Below are positions 18,615-29,040 of a stretch of DNA of 64,000 bases, piece by piece. A program made the position numbers and the translations under genes. Source of the stretch: an uncultured Prevotellaceae bacterium (GTDB lineage: Bacteria; Bacteroidota; Bacteroidia; Bacteroidales; UBA3663); NCBI GenBank assembly GCA_964567855.1, contig CAZMOE010000010.1:7531-71530 (forward strand), read 5' to 3'. Every line of letters begins with the position of its first letter. Positions within the stretch are counted from its first letter, which is position 1. Below the pieces are notes generated by a model. It worked only from the letters and a program-made list of their open reading frames with translations, searched no databases and was not told the origin of the DNA.

Positions 18615-19400
18615 ATGAATAAGCGCTTATTATTGTTTTTGCTTTTGCTACCGGTTTGCTGGGCGTCGCTTTCTGCGCAGAAGAAAGTGCGTCAGAACAT
18701 CCGTCAGGGTAACGAGCATTATGATAAATCGGAATATCTGGAGTCGGAAATCGCCTATCGGAAGGCGTTGGAGGGAAATGCGGCAGATTCGATTGCAAAA
18801 TTTAATCTTGGAAATGCGCTTTATCGCCAGCAGAAGGCCGATGCTGCCATGGAGCAGTATATGGCAACTGCCACCGGCGCCGAGCGGTCCGGCGATCTGC
18901 AACTGGCTGCCAAGGCCTATTTCAATGCCGGCGACGTCTGCCTGGCCACACAGGATTATGCCCGTGCCGAAGAACTTTTCAAGCAGTCATTGCGTATGGA
19001 TCCGAGCGATCACGATGCCCGCTATAACATGATTCTTGCCCGCAAGCTCAAGCAGCAACAGGAACAGCAGCAGGAAAATCAGGATCAGAACCAGAATCAG
19101 GATAACAAATCCGACGAGCAGAAACAACAGGAGCAGCAACAGCAGAACCAGCAGAATCAGGATCAGCAGCAACAGGATGAACAGCAGCAGAATCGGGATC
19201 AGAAGGAAGATCGGCAACAGCAGGAGCAACAGGAGCAAAATCAGCAATCGCAGTCGGCCAATGCAGCTCCGAAGATGTCGCAAGAGCAGATTGAGGCCAT
19301 CCTGAACGCTGCCAATCAGGAAGAAAAGGATGTGCAGGACAAAGTGCGTGAGCAACTGATGAAACAAACCGAACGGAAACGGACGGATAAGGATTGGTAA
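18615..19400 (+). CDS. batC: BatC TPR protein with Gln-rich linker
   Basis: TPR motifs (FNLGNALY), poly-Q/N/D tract at about 19050-19255, C-terminal KDW. Confidence 0.92.
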   Translation: MNKRLLLFLLLLPVCWASLSAQKKVRQNIRQGNEHYDKSEYLESEIAYRKALEGNAADSIAKFNLGNALYRQQKADAAMEQYMATATGAERSGDLQLAAKAYFNAGDVCLATQDYARAEELFKQSLRMDPSDHDARYNMILARKLKQQQEQQQENQDQNQNQDNKSDEQKQQEQQQQNQQNQDQQQQDEQQQNRDQKEDRQQQEQQEQNQQSQSANAAPKMSQEQIEAILNAANQEEKDVQDKVREQLMKQTERKRTDKDW

Positions 19401-19408
19401 GATAAAGT

Positions 19409-21304
19409 ATGACGACAATGATGATAAAAAGACTATTTTTAGCTCTGTTTACCTTCTGCTTGATGTTTGCGCTTCAGGCAGAAGAGGTGACTTTTCGAGT
19501 AAAGGCCCCGTCGGCTGTGGCTGTGGGGGATCAGTTTCAGGTGGAATATTCGGTAAATGCCACGGGGAATAACTTTCGTTGTAATATAGAAGAAAGCGGA
19601 CTGCGGGTTCTGACCGGCCCTGCTGCGGGTACCCGTATGTCCTACAGTACTGTCAATGGCGGGCAGATGTCCCGCTCCGTCAGCACCTCTTTTACCTATT
19701 ACCTGATGGCGGAGAAAGAGGGCTCTTTCACCGTGCCGGCGGCTACGGTCAGCGTCGACGGGAAAAGTTATACATCGAATACGGCGACCATCAAGGTCCT
19801 GCCGGCCGATGAGCCTGCGTCCGGAGGAAATCATCAAGGTTCCCGGAACGGAACGTCCGGAAACGGCGGTAGCGGACAGGGCGGCCGTTCGTCCAATACA
19901 TCTATCAGCAAAGAAGACGTTCAGCTCGATATCGAGTTTTCCAAGACGAAAGCCTACGAGGGGGAAGCTATTCTGGCCACATTAAAATTGTATTTCAAGA
20001 ATCATCGTGTCGTTGACATTGCCGACGCCAAGCTTCCCGACTTTGAGGGTTTTATGGTGCAGGATATAGATCTGCCCCAGCAGCAGGTGAATCTGGAACG
20101 CTATAAGGGCGCGAACTATCAGACCTATGTGTTGAAACAATATTTATTGTTCCCTCAGCGTGCCGGCAAGATTGAAATACCGTCAGTTTCCGTAACAGCC
20201 GTCGCCCAGATCGTTGTTACCCGTCGGGGAAGCGGCTTCTTCTTCGACATGCCGATGGATTACACCCAGAATGTAGAGGTTCCCGTGACCAGTGCTCCGC
20301 ATACGATTACGGTCGAACCATTGCCGGCCGGAAAGCCTGCCGCTTACATGGGCGGTGTCGGAAATTTCAATATCAAGGCTCATCTGAGTACCGATCATAT
20401 CAAGGCCAACGAGGTATTGACCTATAAACTTGAAATCGAAGGAACCGGAAACATTAAATATGTCAAAGAACCGGAACCGGTGTTCCCGGCGGATTTTGAA
20501 ATCTATGATCCCAAGGTAGATGTCTCGGTCAAGACCACTTCAAAGGGCATGAGCGGCCGGAAAGTCATAGAATATACGGTGATTCCCCGATATGCCGGTA
20601 CTTTCGAGATTCCGGCGGTCGAGTTCGGCTATTTCGATCCGAAGACCGGACAGTACCGGACGGCGGCGACGCAGGCGTTTACCCTGACTGTCGAAAAAGG
20701 AGCCGATGGAAGCGGTGCGGCTGGCGGCAACAGCAACATTGCAGACTTCTCGGGCACCAATCAGGAACGTATCAAACACCTGGGGAACGACATCCGCTAC
20801 ATTCATCCCCTTTCGGCCGGAGATTTGAAGCGGGACTCTGTCCCGTTGTATGCCGTATCGCTTTACTGGCTCTTCTTCCTGATCCCGTTAGTGGCATTCA
20901 TCATCATTGCTATCGTCTATCGCCGTCAATTAAAGTTGAACGCCGATCTGGATCTGAAGCGTACCAAGAAGGCTAATAAGCTGGCCGTCAAACGGCTCAA
21001 GGAGGCCTCTGCGGCCCTTAAGTCGCAGGATGAGGGACGTTTCTACGAGGCTGTCCACAAGGCCATGCTGGGCTATGTGAGTGATAAACTCAGTATTCCG
21101 GTTTCCGAACTTTCGCACGAAAATGTCGAGCAGCAGCTTGTCGGACACGGTGCCTCTGCCGATTTGGCCGCTCAGTTTGTTGAAATCCTTTCCACTTGCG
21201 AGTTTGCCCGCTATGCGCCCTCTCACAGCACCCGGGCCATGGATGACCTTTATGTCCGTTCAGGCAAGATACTTGAAAACCTGGAGGATACGCTGAAGAA
21301 GTAA
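19409..21304 (+). CDS. batD: BatD protein
   Basis: Ig-like repeats, C-terminal TM, CEFARYAP; operon position. Confidence 0.92.
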   Translation: MTTMMIKRLFLALFTFCLMFALQAEEVTFRVKAPSAVAVGDQFQVEYSVNATGNNFRCNIEESGLRVLTGPAAGTRMSYSTVNGGQMSRSVSTSFTYYLMAEKEGSFTVPAATVSVDGKSYTSNTATIKVLPADEPASGGNHQGSRNGTSGNGGSGQGGRSSNTSISKEDVQLDIEFSKTKAYEGEAILATLKLYFKNHRVVDIADAKLPDFEGFMVQDIDLPQQQVNLERYKGANYQTYVLKQYLLFPQRAGKIEIPSVSVTAVAQIVVTRRGSGFFFDMPMDYTQNVEVPVTSAPHTITVEPLPAGKPAAYMGGVGNFNIKAHLSTDHIKANEVLTYKLEIEGTGNIKYVKEPEPVFPADFEIYDPKVDVSVKTTSKGMSGRKVIEYTVIPRYAGTFEIPAVEFGYFDPKTGQYRTAATQAFTLTVEKGADGSGAAGGNSNIADFSGTNQERIKHLGNDIRYIHPLSAGDLKRDSVPLYAVSLYWLFFLIPLVAFIIIAIVYRRQLKLNADLDLKRTKKANKLAVKRLKEASAALKSQDEGRFYEAVHKAMLGYVSDKLSIPVSELSHENVEQQLVGHGASADLAAQFVEILSTCEFARYAPSHSTRAMDDLYVRSGKILENLEDTLKK

Positions 21305-21352
21305 CTGTGAGTCGATAAATGGAATCTGAAATCTTTTAAAGTTTGACGAATA

Positions 21353-22213
21353 ATGAATACCAAATCTATATTTCCGACCTTAGTGTCGCTCTGTGTCGCA
21401 TTCCTGATTCAGGCGACGACCGCCAGTGCCCAGTCTGACGGTTCCGGCGCTGCTGCGGTTACCTCCGATACTCTGACTGCTGCAGCCCCGGCGACGGTAG
21501 CCGGTGGCGATATGCTTTCTGCCGATGCCATTTTGCAGGCGGCGACCTCCCACTATGAGGCCGGCCGTTACGCGGAGGCCGTTGAGGCCTATGAGACCGT
21601 GGCCGGCTGTTACGGCACCTCGGCCACGCTTTATTATAATCTTGGCAATGCTTACTATAAGAATAAGCAGTATGCCCAGGCCATCATTCAATACGAACGT
21701 TGTCTGTTGCTGGATCCGGCCTACGCCGACGCAGCTGTCAATCTGGAGATGGCCCGCATGCACTCGGTAGATAAAATCGAGGCTATCCGTCCGGTTATTT
21801 TCGAGGAGTGGAGCAACGGAGTCCGCGATCTTCTGACGTGCGATGCGTGGGCCGTTCTGGCTGTCGTTCTGTTTCTGTTGTTCGTCATCTGTCTGTTTGC
21901 CTATTTCTTTTTGCGGCGTCGGACTTGGCGCAAGTTCGGATTCTATGGCGGCATTCTGGCCTTCCTGCTTTGCATCCTTTCCATTTATTATGCCGACGCT
22001 CAATACGAGAAACTTACGGTAAGGAATCATGCTATCGTCGTGACGCCGACCGTCACCGTCCGTTCCTCTCCGGCCGAGAGCGGCACGCAGTTGTTCCCGA
22101 TTCATGAAGGTACGAAAGTCAGGATCCGTTCCACCTTGGGTGAATGGTCTGAGATAGAACTCATGGACGGAAACATCGGCTGGATGCCCAGTGGCGATCT
22201 GGAAGTGATTTGA
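21353..22213 (+). CDS. batE: BatE TPR/SH3 protein
   Basis: YYNLGNAYYK TPR, two TMs, SH3-like HEGTKV..W..GW. Confidence 0.92.
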   Translation: MNTKSIFPTLVSLCVAFLIQATTASAQSDGSGAAAVTSDTLTAAAPATVAGGDMLSADAILQAATSHYEAGRYAEAVEAYETVAGCYGTSATLYYNLGNAYYKNKQYAQAIIQYERCLLLDPAYADAAVNLEMARMHSVDKIEAIRPVIFEEWSNGVRDLLTCDAWAVLAVVLFLLFVICLFAYFFLRRRTWRKFGFYGGILAFLLCILSIYYADAQYEKLTVRNHAIVVTPTVTVRSSPAESGTQLFPIHEGTKVRIRSTLGEWSEIELMDGNIGWMPSGDLEVI

Positions 22214-22268
22214 ACCATTATCGACATCGTCCGGAGATTGCGGTCCGCCGGCGTTGCAGATTCTTGTT

Positions 22269-23261
22269 ATGAGAGGACTATTGATTGTCATATTGGCTTT
22301 TATTGTCACGGGATGTACGTGGGGCAATTCGTCCGATACAGCCTTGGACGATGCCGAACGGGTGATGGGAGAGAATCCGGAAGAGGCTTTTGAACGGCTC
22401 AGCATCATCGATGTTTCTGAGTTTGCCGATTCTGCCACCATGGCACGGTGGGCTTTTCTGTATAGCGATGCGATGATGAGGTGCAGGCTCGCAGCCCCGT
22501 CGGATACGATTATTTCCATTGCCGTCCGCTATTATGCTTCATCCGGTGAACGGCAGCTTTTGGCGCGATCGAAAGAAATCCGGTCAGCGCTTCTGTTACA
22601 GGAGCCGGAGGCAGATGCTCTGTTGCAGGCCCGTTATGTACAGAAGGTCAAGGAATATGCTCTTTATAAAGAGCGGCGGCAGCGGCATCTCTGGGTGCTG
22701 GAAGGGACAGTAATTTTATTCATTCTCATAGGCATGATGCTTTGGCAGCAACGGCGTTTACGGTGGCAGGCTTGTCAAAATGAGGTGTTGCTTGCTCAGG
22801 CAGCCTCTTTGCGTGAGGCTGTGGCGGTCGAGAAGAACCTGACGGCGGGATTGTCGATTGTGGTGGATGATCAGTTTGTTAGGCGTTTCCGTTTTATCGA
22901 TCAGTTATGTTCCACCTATTATGAAAATCAGGGTACAGCCTCGGAACGCAATGCCATCGCCCGCGAGGTGAAGCGGGAGATCGAGGCCTTTAAGTGCGAC
23001 AGCAAGACATTTTCCGGCCTGGAGGCCGCAGTGGCCGATGTCCATGCCGACTGGCTTGCCGTCGTTCGGGAAGCGTTGCCCCGCCTCAGTACCGATGATT
23101 ATCAATTGCTGATTTATCTGATCTGCGGATTTTCTTCGCAGGCGATAAGCATCTTTATCGGCGAAAAAGTGGAAACCGTCTATAAGCGGAAATCCCGTCT
23201 GAAAGGAAAGATTTGCCAAGCTGGCGGCCGTTGTCGGGACCTGCTTCTCCCGATTTTCTGA
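22269..23261 (+). CDS. Membrane-anchored regulator with lipobox, TM helix and C-terminal LuxR-like HTH
   Basis: VTGC lipobox, TM LWVLEGTVILFILIGMMLW, C-terminal GFSSQAISIFIGEKVETVYKRKSRL. Confidence 0.75.
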   Translation: MRGLLIVILAFIVTGCTWGNSSDTALDDAERVMGENPEEAFERLSIIDVSEFADSATMARWAFLYSDAMMRCRLAAPSDTIISIAVRYYASSGERQLLARSKEIRSALLLQEPEADALLQARYVQKVKEYALYKERRQRHLWVLEGTVILFILIGMMLWQQRRLRWQACQNEVLLAQAASLREAVAVEKNLTAGLSIVVDDQFVRRFRFIDQLCSTYYENQGTASERNAIAREVKREIEAFKCDSKTFSGLEAAVADVHADWLAVVREALPRLSTDDYQLLIYLICGFSSQAISIFIGEKVETVYKRKSRLKGKICQAGGRCRDLLLPIF

Positions 23262-23353
23262 CGGCGCTCTCATCCGGTCAGAATTTTCTTTTTCATATTT
23301 TTGTAATCAATTATATCATAGTGTATTATATATTCTCTGTGTCAGACCGTGAA

Positions 23354-23386
23354 TTTGGAATTTACGAGTTCCTCATACTACCTTTG
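23354..23386 (+). promoter_or_regulatory. Promoter of the OM barrel gene (TTTG-N21-TACCTTTG)
   Basis: Full match to the Bacteroidetes -33/-7 consensus. Confidence 0.7.
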
Positions 23387-23406
23387 CAGGCAAAAACGCA
23401 GAGTCT

Positions 23407-25479
23407 ATGTACAGAAAAATTTCAACATTTATTATCGCCTTTTGCCCTGTGGCAGGGCTTGCCTGTCAGGAGGCGGATACGCTTTCCTTCCGTTTGCATG
23501 AAGTCTGTGTCGAGCCGGATCCGTCGGTTTCCCGATGGGAAGGTAGCACGCTTGTTTCTACCATTGCTGGCACTCCGCTTGCCCGTCTGGGAAATGCTCT
23601 CGATGTCCTCGCTCAGCTGCCGATGATGTCGGTTTCCGATGACGGCGTCTCCGTGCAGGGGCGCGGAACTCCGGAGATTTATATAGACGGTCATCCTGTG
23701 CATGATATTACGGAACTCCGTACGTTGCAGTCCGACAATATCCGGAAAGTCGAATTACTGATGGCCCCGGGCGCGCAGTATGATGCCGCAGCTTGTTCCG
23801 TGCTGAAGATTACGACCCGCCGCAATTTCATTGCCGGACTTTCGGCCATGGAAGAGGCCGAAGTCAAGGCCCGCCGCCGCTGGAGCGCTTCGGATGAGCT
23901 TGTGTTGCGTTACTTTACCGGTAACTGGGAAATTTTCGGCGAGGGACTTTTATGGCATTCCGATTCGCAGGTGAAGGGAAGGACCGTCCAGCGGTTTCTT
24001 TATGAGGGGCGTCCGGTGGAAATCGGCAGTACCCAGAATCGCACGGCTCCAGCCAATGAGGCTGTGGGGCGCATCGGGTTCAACTATGCTGCCGGTGGAA
24101 AATCTTTCGGCGGATATTATCGTGCCGACCGTGTCCGCTCCCGGCTGTACAACACCGGCCGGGAGTGGATGGACGGAGAGCCGGAACTGTTGCGGACCAT
24201 CCGTATGGGCAGTAACCGCCTGAACCGGTCGGTGGCCCTGTATTATGATGAAGAGGGTGAAGAGAAGCGCCATCTGCATTTCGACGGGGCGTTTCGCTGT
24301 CATGATATGAAAACTGACAGCGAAACCGCATATCCCTCTGCTTCCGGTTTGCCGGCAGTTTGCTCAGATCAGGATAACCCTTATCTTTTCGGGGCTGTGA
24401 AACTGTATGTCGAATTTCCCTGGAGCAGCGGCATGATGACGCTCGGAACCGAGGATTCTTATACCCGGACCGATCTGGATTATAGGATGTCGAATGAAGC
24501 GGTCAGTGCCTATATTCCTTCCTCTTTTACCCGAACCCGTCAAGAGGCCTATGCCGCATTCGTTTCCTGGCAACGCCGTTTCAAAAAAGTCGGTTTCAAT
24601 GTCGGGGCAAGGTATGAGCATGCCGGTTATTCGTATTCCGTCGATGGCGGAACGGGAATCTCTATGAGCCGGCGTGATAATTTTTTATCGCCCGATTTCT
24701 CCTGTGATATTAATTTTTCCGACGATGCGGCTTTGAGTTTCAGCTATCGGATGTCTGCCGTCCGCCCGCCCTATGCTCAGCTTACCGGCGGACTGGTCTA
24801 CACCGGCCGGCATGAAATTGAGGGCGGTAATTCTGCATTACGCGATGAACACCGGCATTGTTTCCGTTTTTTCGGAATGTGGCATGACTTCATGGCGCAG
24901 ATCGAATATTGTCGTGCCCGTGATACCTATGGATTTGTCAAGGAATTGTATCCGGCCTCCTCTCCGCAGGTGTTGATGCATCCGGTTAATCTGGATGTCT
25001 CTTCGATGTCGCTCTTCCTGATATGGAGCCGGAAAATACGGGATTGGGTGCCCGACGTCACGTTGGGCTGTTCTCCCCAACGGCTTGCATGGAAAGGCGA
25101 GAGGTACGATTGCCCGATGTTCTCATATCGTTGGAATAATATTTTTTCATTGCCCTGCCGCTGGATGCTGACTGCTGCGTTTTCGGGAAACAGCGCCGGA
25201 CACATCCATACTCAGAAGTTCGGGGCTTCGTGGTTTGTCATGGATGTCAGTGTGCGAAAAACGTTTTTCAATGATTGTTTCGATGTACGCCTCGGCGTAA
25301 ACAATATTTTCCGTACCGACCATAACGGGTGGATACTGCGTAGTTGTGGAATTATTGCCGAAAAACATCAGTCGTATGACAGCCGCAGCGTGACGCTGAC
25401 ATTATCCTATAAGTTCCGGCCCCGCAAGAGCGGATATCTGGGCGGAGACGCTTCGGAAACAGAAGCGAAACGTCTTTGA
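23407..25479 (+). CDS. TonB-dependent-receptor-like outer-membrane beta-barrel protein
   Basis: Plug-like region (VLAQLP..GRGTPEIYIDG..PGAQYDA), amphipathic strands, typical SYKF...EAKRL end. Confidence 0.85.
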   Translation: MYRKISTFIIAFCPVAGLACQEADTLSFRLHEVCVEPDPSVSRWEGSTLVSTIAGTPLARLGNALDVLAQLPMMSVSDDGVSVQGRGTPEIYIDGHPVHDITELRTLQSDNIRKVELLMAPGAQYDAAACSVLKITTRRNFIAGLSAMEEAEVKARRRWSASDELVLRYFTGNWEIFGEGLLWHSDSQVKGRTVQRFLYEGRPVEIGSTQNRTAPANEAVGRIGFNYAAGGKSFGGYYRADRVRSRLYNTGREWMDGEPELLRTIRMGSNRLNRSVALYYDEEGEEKRHLHFDGAFRCHDMKTDSETAYPSASGLPAVCSDQDNPYLFGAVKLYVEFPWSSGMMTLGTEDSYTRTDLDYRMSNEAVSAYIPSSFTRTRQEAYAAFVSWQRRFKKVGFNVGARYEHAGYSYSVDGGTGISMSRRDNFLSPDFSCDINFSDDAALSFSYRMSAVRPPYAQLTGGLVYTGRHEIEGGNSALRDEHRHCFRFFGMWHDFMAQIEYCRARDTYGFVKELYPASSPQVLMHPVNLDVSSMSLFLIWSRKIRDWVPDVTLGCSPQRLAWKGERYDCPMFSYRWNNIFSLPCRWMLTAAFSGNSAGHIHTQKFGASWFVMDVSVRKTFFNDCFDVRLGVNNIFRTDHNGWILRSCGIIAEKHQSYDSRSVTLTLSYKFRPRKSGYLGGDASETEAKRL

Positions 25480-25713
25480 AATGCTTTCGGAACCGCTTAC
25501 CATTCATAGCGTTGGCGGTTTTCCGCCGGCAGGGATAGGGTTACCGATGAACAGAGGCGGAATGGGCGAAACGGTTTGTCGCAATTGTCGGGCGGACATA
25601 GTCCGACCTGCAAATTATATGGTCTTCTGCCGGGTTATAGGAGGCTATTATCCGCCAAATTGCCTAAATGAAAGAAAAAAAGGGACTTGAATTGTAAAAT
25701 CTGTGTATTTAAT

Positions 25714-25745
25714 GTTGTAAAATTGAAAAAAATAAACTATTTTTG
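25714..25745 (+). promoter_or_regulatory. rpsA promoter (GTTG-N20-TATTTTTG)
   Basis: -7 consensus at 25738-25745. Confidence 0.65.
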
Positions 25746-25828
25746 CGCCCGATTTCCATGTGCAGGATTCTTGCAACAGAAAACCGGGTCTTGGGAATCA
25801 TAGTGATCATTTATTTTTAATTTATTTT

Positions 25829-27613
25829 ATGTCTAACAATTTAACAACCGCCATTGAAGATTTCAACTGGGAATCTTATGAAAAAGGCGAAATTCTTGGC
25901 GACAAGAGCGTAGAGGAACTGACGGCCAACTACGAAAAAACTTTAAGTGCTGTCAACAATAACGAGGTAATCAAAGGTACGGTGACTGCTATGGATAAGC
26001 GCGAAGTTATCGTTAACATTGGTTACAAGAGCGAAGGTGTTATCGCAGCTTCCGAATTTCGTTATAACCCCGATTTGAAAGTCGGCGACGAGGTTGAGGT
26101 TTTCATCGAATCTCAGGAAAACAAGGCCGGCCAGCTCGTACTTTCTCACAAGAAGGCCCGTGCAACCTCTTCTTGGGCTCGTGTGAACGAAGCTCTTGAA
26201 AATGATGAAATCATCAAGGGTTTTGTAAAGTGCCGCACAAAGGGTGGTATGATTGTCGATGTCTTCGGTATCGAGGCATTCTTGCCCGGTTCGCAAATCG
26301 ATGTCAAGCCCATTCGCGACTATGATGTCTTTGTCAACAAGACGATGGAATTCAAGATCGTCAAGATCAATCATGAATATAAGAATGTAGTAGTTTCTCA
26401 TAAGGCCCTCATTGAAGCTGAAATCGAGGCCCAGAAGAAGGAAATCATGTCTCATCTTCAGAAGGGTCAGATCCTTGAAGGTACCGTCAAGAACATCACT
26501 TCTTATGGCGTGTTCATCGATCTCGGCGGCGTAGACGGTTTGATTCACATTACGGATCTTTCTTGGGGCCGTATCAACAAACCTGAAGAGATTGTTGCTC
26601 TCGATCAGAAGTTGAACGTCGTTATTTTGGATTTCGACGATGAGAAGAAGCGCATCGCTCTTGGTTTGAAGCAGCTTACTCCTCATCCGTGGGATGCCCT
26701 TAGCGAAGAACTCAAGGTCGGCGATAAGGTGAACGGTAAAGTGGTTGTCATGACTGATTACGGTGCATTCGTAGAGATCGCCACCGGTGTCGAAGGCCTT
26801 ATCCACGTATCTGAAATGTCTTGGTCTCAGCATTTGCGCTCCGCTCAGGATATTTTGAAGGTCGGCGACGATGTGGAAGCCGTTATTTTGACTCTTGATC
26901 GCACTGAACGTAAGATGAGCCTCGGCTTGAAGCAGCTCAAGGCCGATCCGTGGGAAAAGATCGAAGAGAAGTATGCTGTCGGTTCCGTTCATACGGCTCG
27001 CGTACGTAACTTCACGAACTTCGGTGTATTTGTTGAAATCGAAGATGGCGTAGACGGTTTGATTCACATTTCCGATCTTTCTTGGACGAAGAAGATCAAG
27101 CATCCGTCTGAGTTTACCCAGATCGGCGCTTCTATCGATGTTCAGGTTCTTGAAATCGACAAGGAGAACCGTCGTCTCAGCCTCGGTCACAAGCAGCTCG
27201 AAGCTAATCCGTGGGATGAGTACGAAGGTATCTATACCGTAGGCTCCGTTCATACCGGCAAGGTAGTCGAGATGATGGACAAGGGCGCTGTGATTTCTCT
27301 CCAGGAAGGTGTAGAAGGTTTCGCTACTCCCAAGCATTTGGTTAAGCAGGACGGCACGACTGCCGCAACCGGCGAGGAACTTGAATTCAAGGTAATTGAG
27401 TTCAATAAGGACCAGAAGCGCGTGATCCTTTCTCACAGCCGTATTTTCGAGGACGAGGCTAAGGCTGAGGCCAAGAAGGAGGCTGCTGCCAAGAAGGCCG
27501 CTAAGAAAGAGGCTGCCAAGAAAGACAGCGTAGTTATGCCGACAATCGAAAAGGCTACATTGGGCGATATCGATGCTCTTGCAGCTTTGAAGGAGAAGCT
27601 TTCCGGTAAATAA
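25829..27613 (+). CDS. rpsA: 30S ribosomal protein S1
   Basis: Repeated S1 domains (AFLPGSQID, GVDGLIHITDLSW, EGLIHVSEMSW); C-terminal TLGDIDAL; ATG 25829 follows an AT-rich initiation region. Confidence 0.98.
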   Translation: MSNNLTTAIEDFNWESYEKGEILGDKSVEELTANYEKTLSAVNNNEVIKGTVTAMDKREVIVNIGYKSEGVIAASEFRYNPDLKVGDEVEVFIESQENKAGQLVLSHKKARATSSWARVNEALENDEIIKGFVKCRTKGGMIVDVFGIEAFLPGSQIDVKPIRDYDVFVNKTMEFKIVKINHEYKNVVVSHKALIEAEIEAQKKEIMSHLQKGQILEGTVKNITSYGVFIDLGGVDGLIHITDLSWGRINKPEEIVALDQKLNVVILDFDDEKKRIALGLKQLTPHPWDALSEELKVGDKVNGKVVVMTDYGAFVEIATGVEGLIHVSEMSWSQHLRSAQDILKVGDDVEAVILTLDRTERKMSLGLKQLKADPWEKIEEKYAVGSVHTARVRNFTNFGVFVEIEDGVDGLIHISDLSWTKKIKHPSEFTQIGASIDVQVLEIDKENRRLSLGHKQLEANPWDEYEGIYTVGSVHTGKVVEMMDKGAVISLQEGVEGFATPKHLVKQDGTTAATGEELEFKVIEFNKDQKRVILSHSRIFEDEAKAEAKKEAAAKKAAKKEAAKKDSVVMPTIEKATLGDIDALAALKEKLSGK

Positions 27614-27716
27614 ATTCGGAAATTGTGTCGTAGGTTCCCGTTTGAATGTCCATGAAAATGGTCCGGACGGCGAAGCGACAGATGATAAGTAAATACAACG
27701 GTTTGGTTGTATGATT

Positions 27717-27763
27717 AAAACAGACAATGCATGAGTGAAAAGTTGTGCATTGTCTGTTTTTTT
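27717..27763 (+). terminator. Intrinsic terminator of rpsA
   Basis: AAAACAGACAATGCAT..GTGCATTGTCTGTTTT stem followed by a T run. Confidence 0.85.
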
Positions 27764-28290
27764 GTTTCTGCGGACTCTTTTTCCGGGAGATTTTTCCTAT
27801 GAATGCTTACATATATAAGATCCACTTTTGAATTGGCCCGCTTTTCATTGAAAAGTATTGTCGATTGTATGTTTTGACCGGTGCGTTTTGTGATAAAACG
27901 CTCTCTATAATATCCGGATTTTTCAATAAACTATAAATATTAAATAGAAAAATAGAACTTTCAAATAAAAATGTATGGAAGTTGAAGTTATTTTTATTAT
28001 TTTTGCACTAAATAATACTTCTCTTGTTATATGGAGTGCTTGAAAATTATGACCATATCTGCAATGGTCTTTATGTATGGAAGCATGGATCTTCTGCATC
28101 GGAAAATATTGTGTGTGATATTGTTCTGCATTTTTAGCGGAGGTGCTGATCTGATTGCATGGAGTCTTAAATGTTGCGGGAAAATTGAAAAATCTGGTTC
28201 TCGGGTGTGGAATTTTATTCTGTTTGAGATGATTCTCCGGAAAAGAGATTATTGGTTTGCCGGAAATGGTCGATGATGTAATAATTGAAG

Positions 28291-29040
28291 ATGATGAAAA
28301 ATACGATATTGATATTTATAGCCTTGTTGCCGGTGCTGTTATTGCTGTTTTATATTTATAAAAGAGATAAATATCAGCCTGAACCTGTGAAACAGATTCT
28401 CAAGGCTTTCTTTTATGGTACAGGATCTGTGGTGATGGCTCTCCTTTTGGCAGAACCTTTGTCAATATATACTTTGGATTCCATGCCTATTATGGAAAAG
28501 TTACGTAAGGCTTTTTTAGAGGCGGCAATACCGGAGGAGATCGCTAAATTTGTCTTATTATGGCTGTTTTTGAGAAAGAATCGCTATTTTGATGAAAAGG
28601 TGGATGGCATCGTATACGCAGTGTGTGTTTCCTTGGGATTTGCAGCAGTAGAGAATGTGTTGTATCTGTTTGATAATTATGATAGTTGGTTGCAAGTCGG
28701 ATTTGTTCGCGCTTTGTTTGCCGTGCCGGGACATTTCGGGTTTGGTGTGCTGATGGGTTACTATTATTCATTGGTGAGTTTTTCATCTTTACCGTCTTTA
28801 AAAAACAGGATTCTGGTATTGCTGGCACCGATTCTTGCCCATGGAGCGTATGATTTTATTTTGTTTGTGATAGAATGTGTACATCCGATTTTTATATTGA
28901 TGTTGTTCATTTATTTTCTTGTATTATGTTTTCGATTACATATATTGTGCAGAAAAAAGATCAATCATTTGTTGCAATTGGATGAAGAGACACTTGTGGA
29001 AACTTTTGAAGAAAAAAGCGGAGAAGAGCGGCATTTGTGA
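28291..29040 (+). CDS. PrsW-family intramembrane protease
   Basis: PEEIAK, FDEKVDGIVY, GFAAVEN, RA..AVPGH and HGAYD motifs; multiple TMs. Confidence 0.92.
   Translation: MMKNTILIFIALLPVLLLLFYIYKRDKYQPEPVKQILKAFFYGTGSVVMALLLAEPLSIYTLDSMPIMEKLRKAFLEAAIPEEIAKFVLLWLFLRKNRYFDEKVDGIVYAVCVSLGFAAVENVLYLFDNYDSWLQVGFVRALFAVPGHFGFGVLMGYYYSLVSFSSLPSLKNRILVLLAPILAHGAYDFILFVIECVHPIFILMLFIYFLVLCFRLHILCRKKINHLLQLDEETLVETFEEKSGEERHL

Noticed and set aside
19050-19255. CAG-rich repeat tract
   Set aside because: Normal Gln-rich linker of BatC, not a separate repeat element.
13439-22213. MoxR-VWA-TPR cluster as a novel system
   Set aside because: It is the described Bacteroidetes bat operon in its usual order.
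25943-27727. 594-aa minus-strand ORF
   Set aside because: Shadow of the highly biased rpsA.
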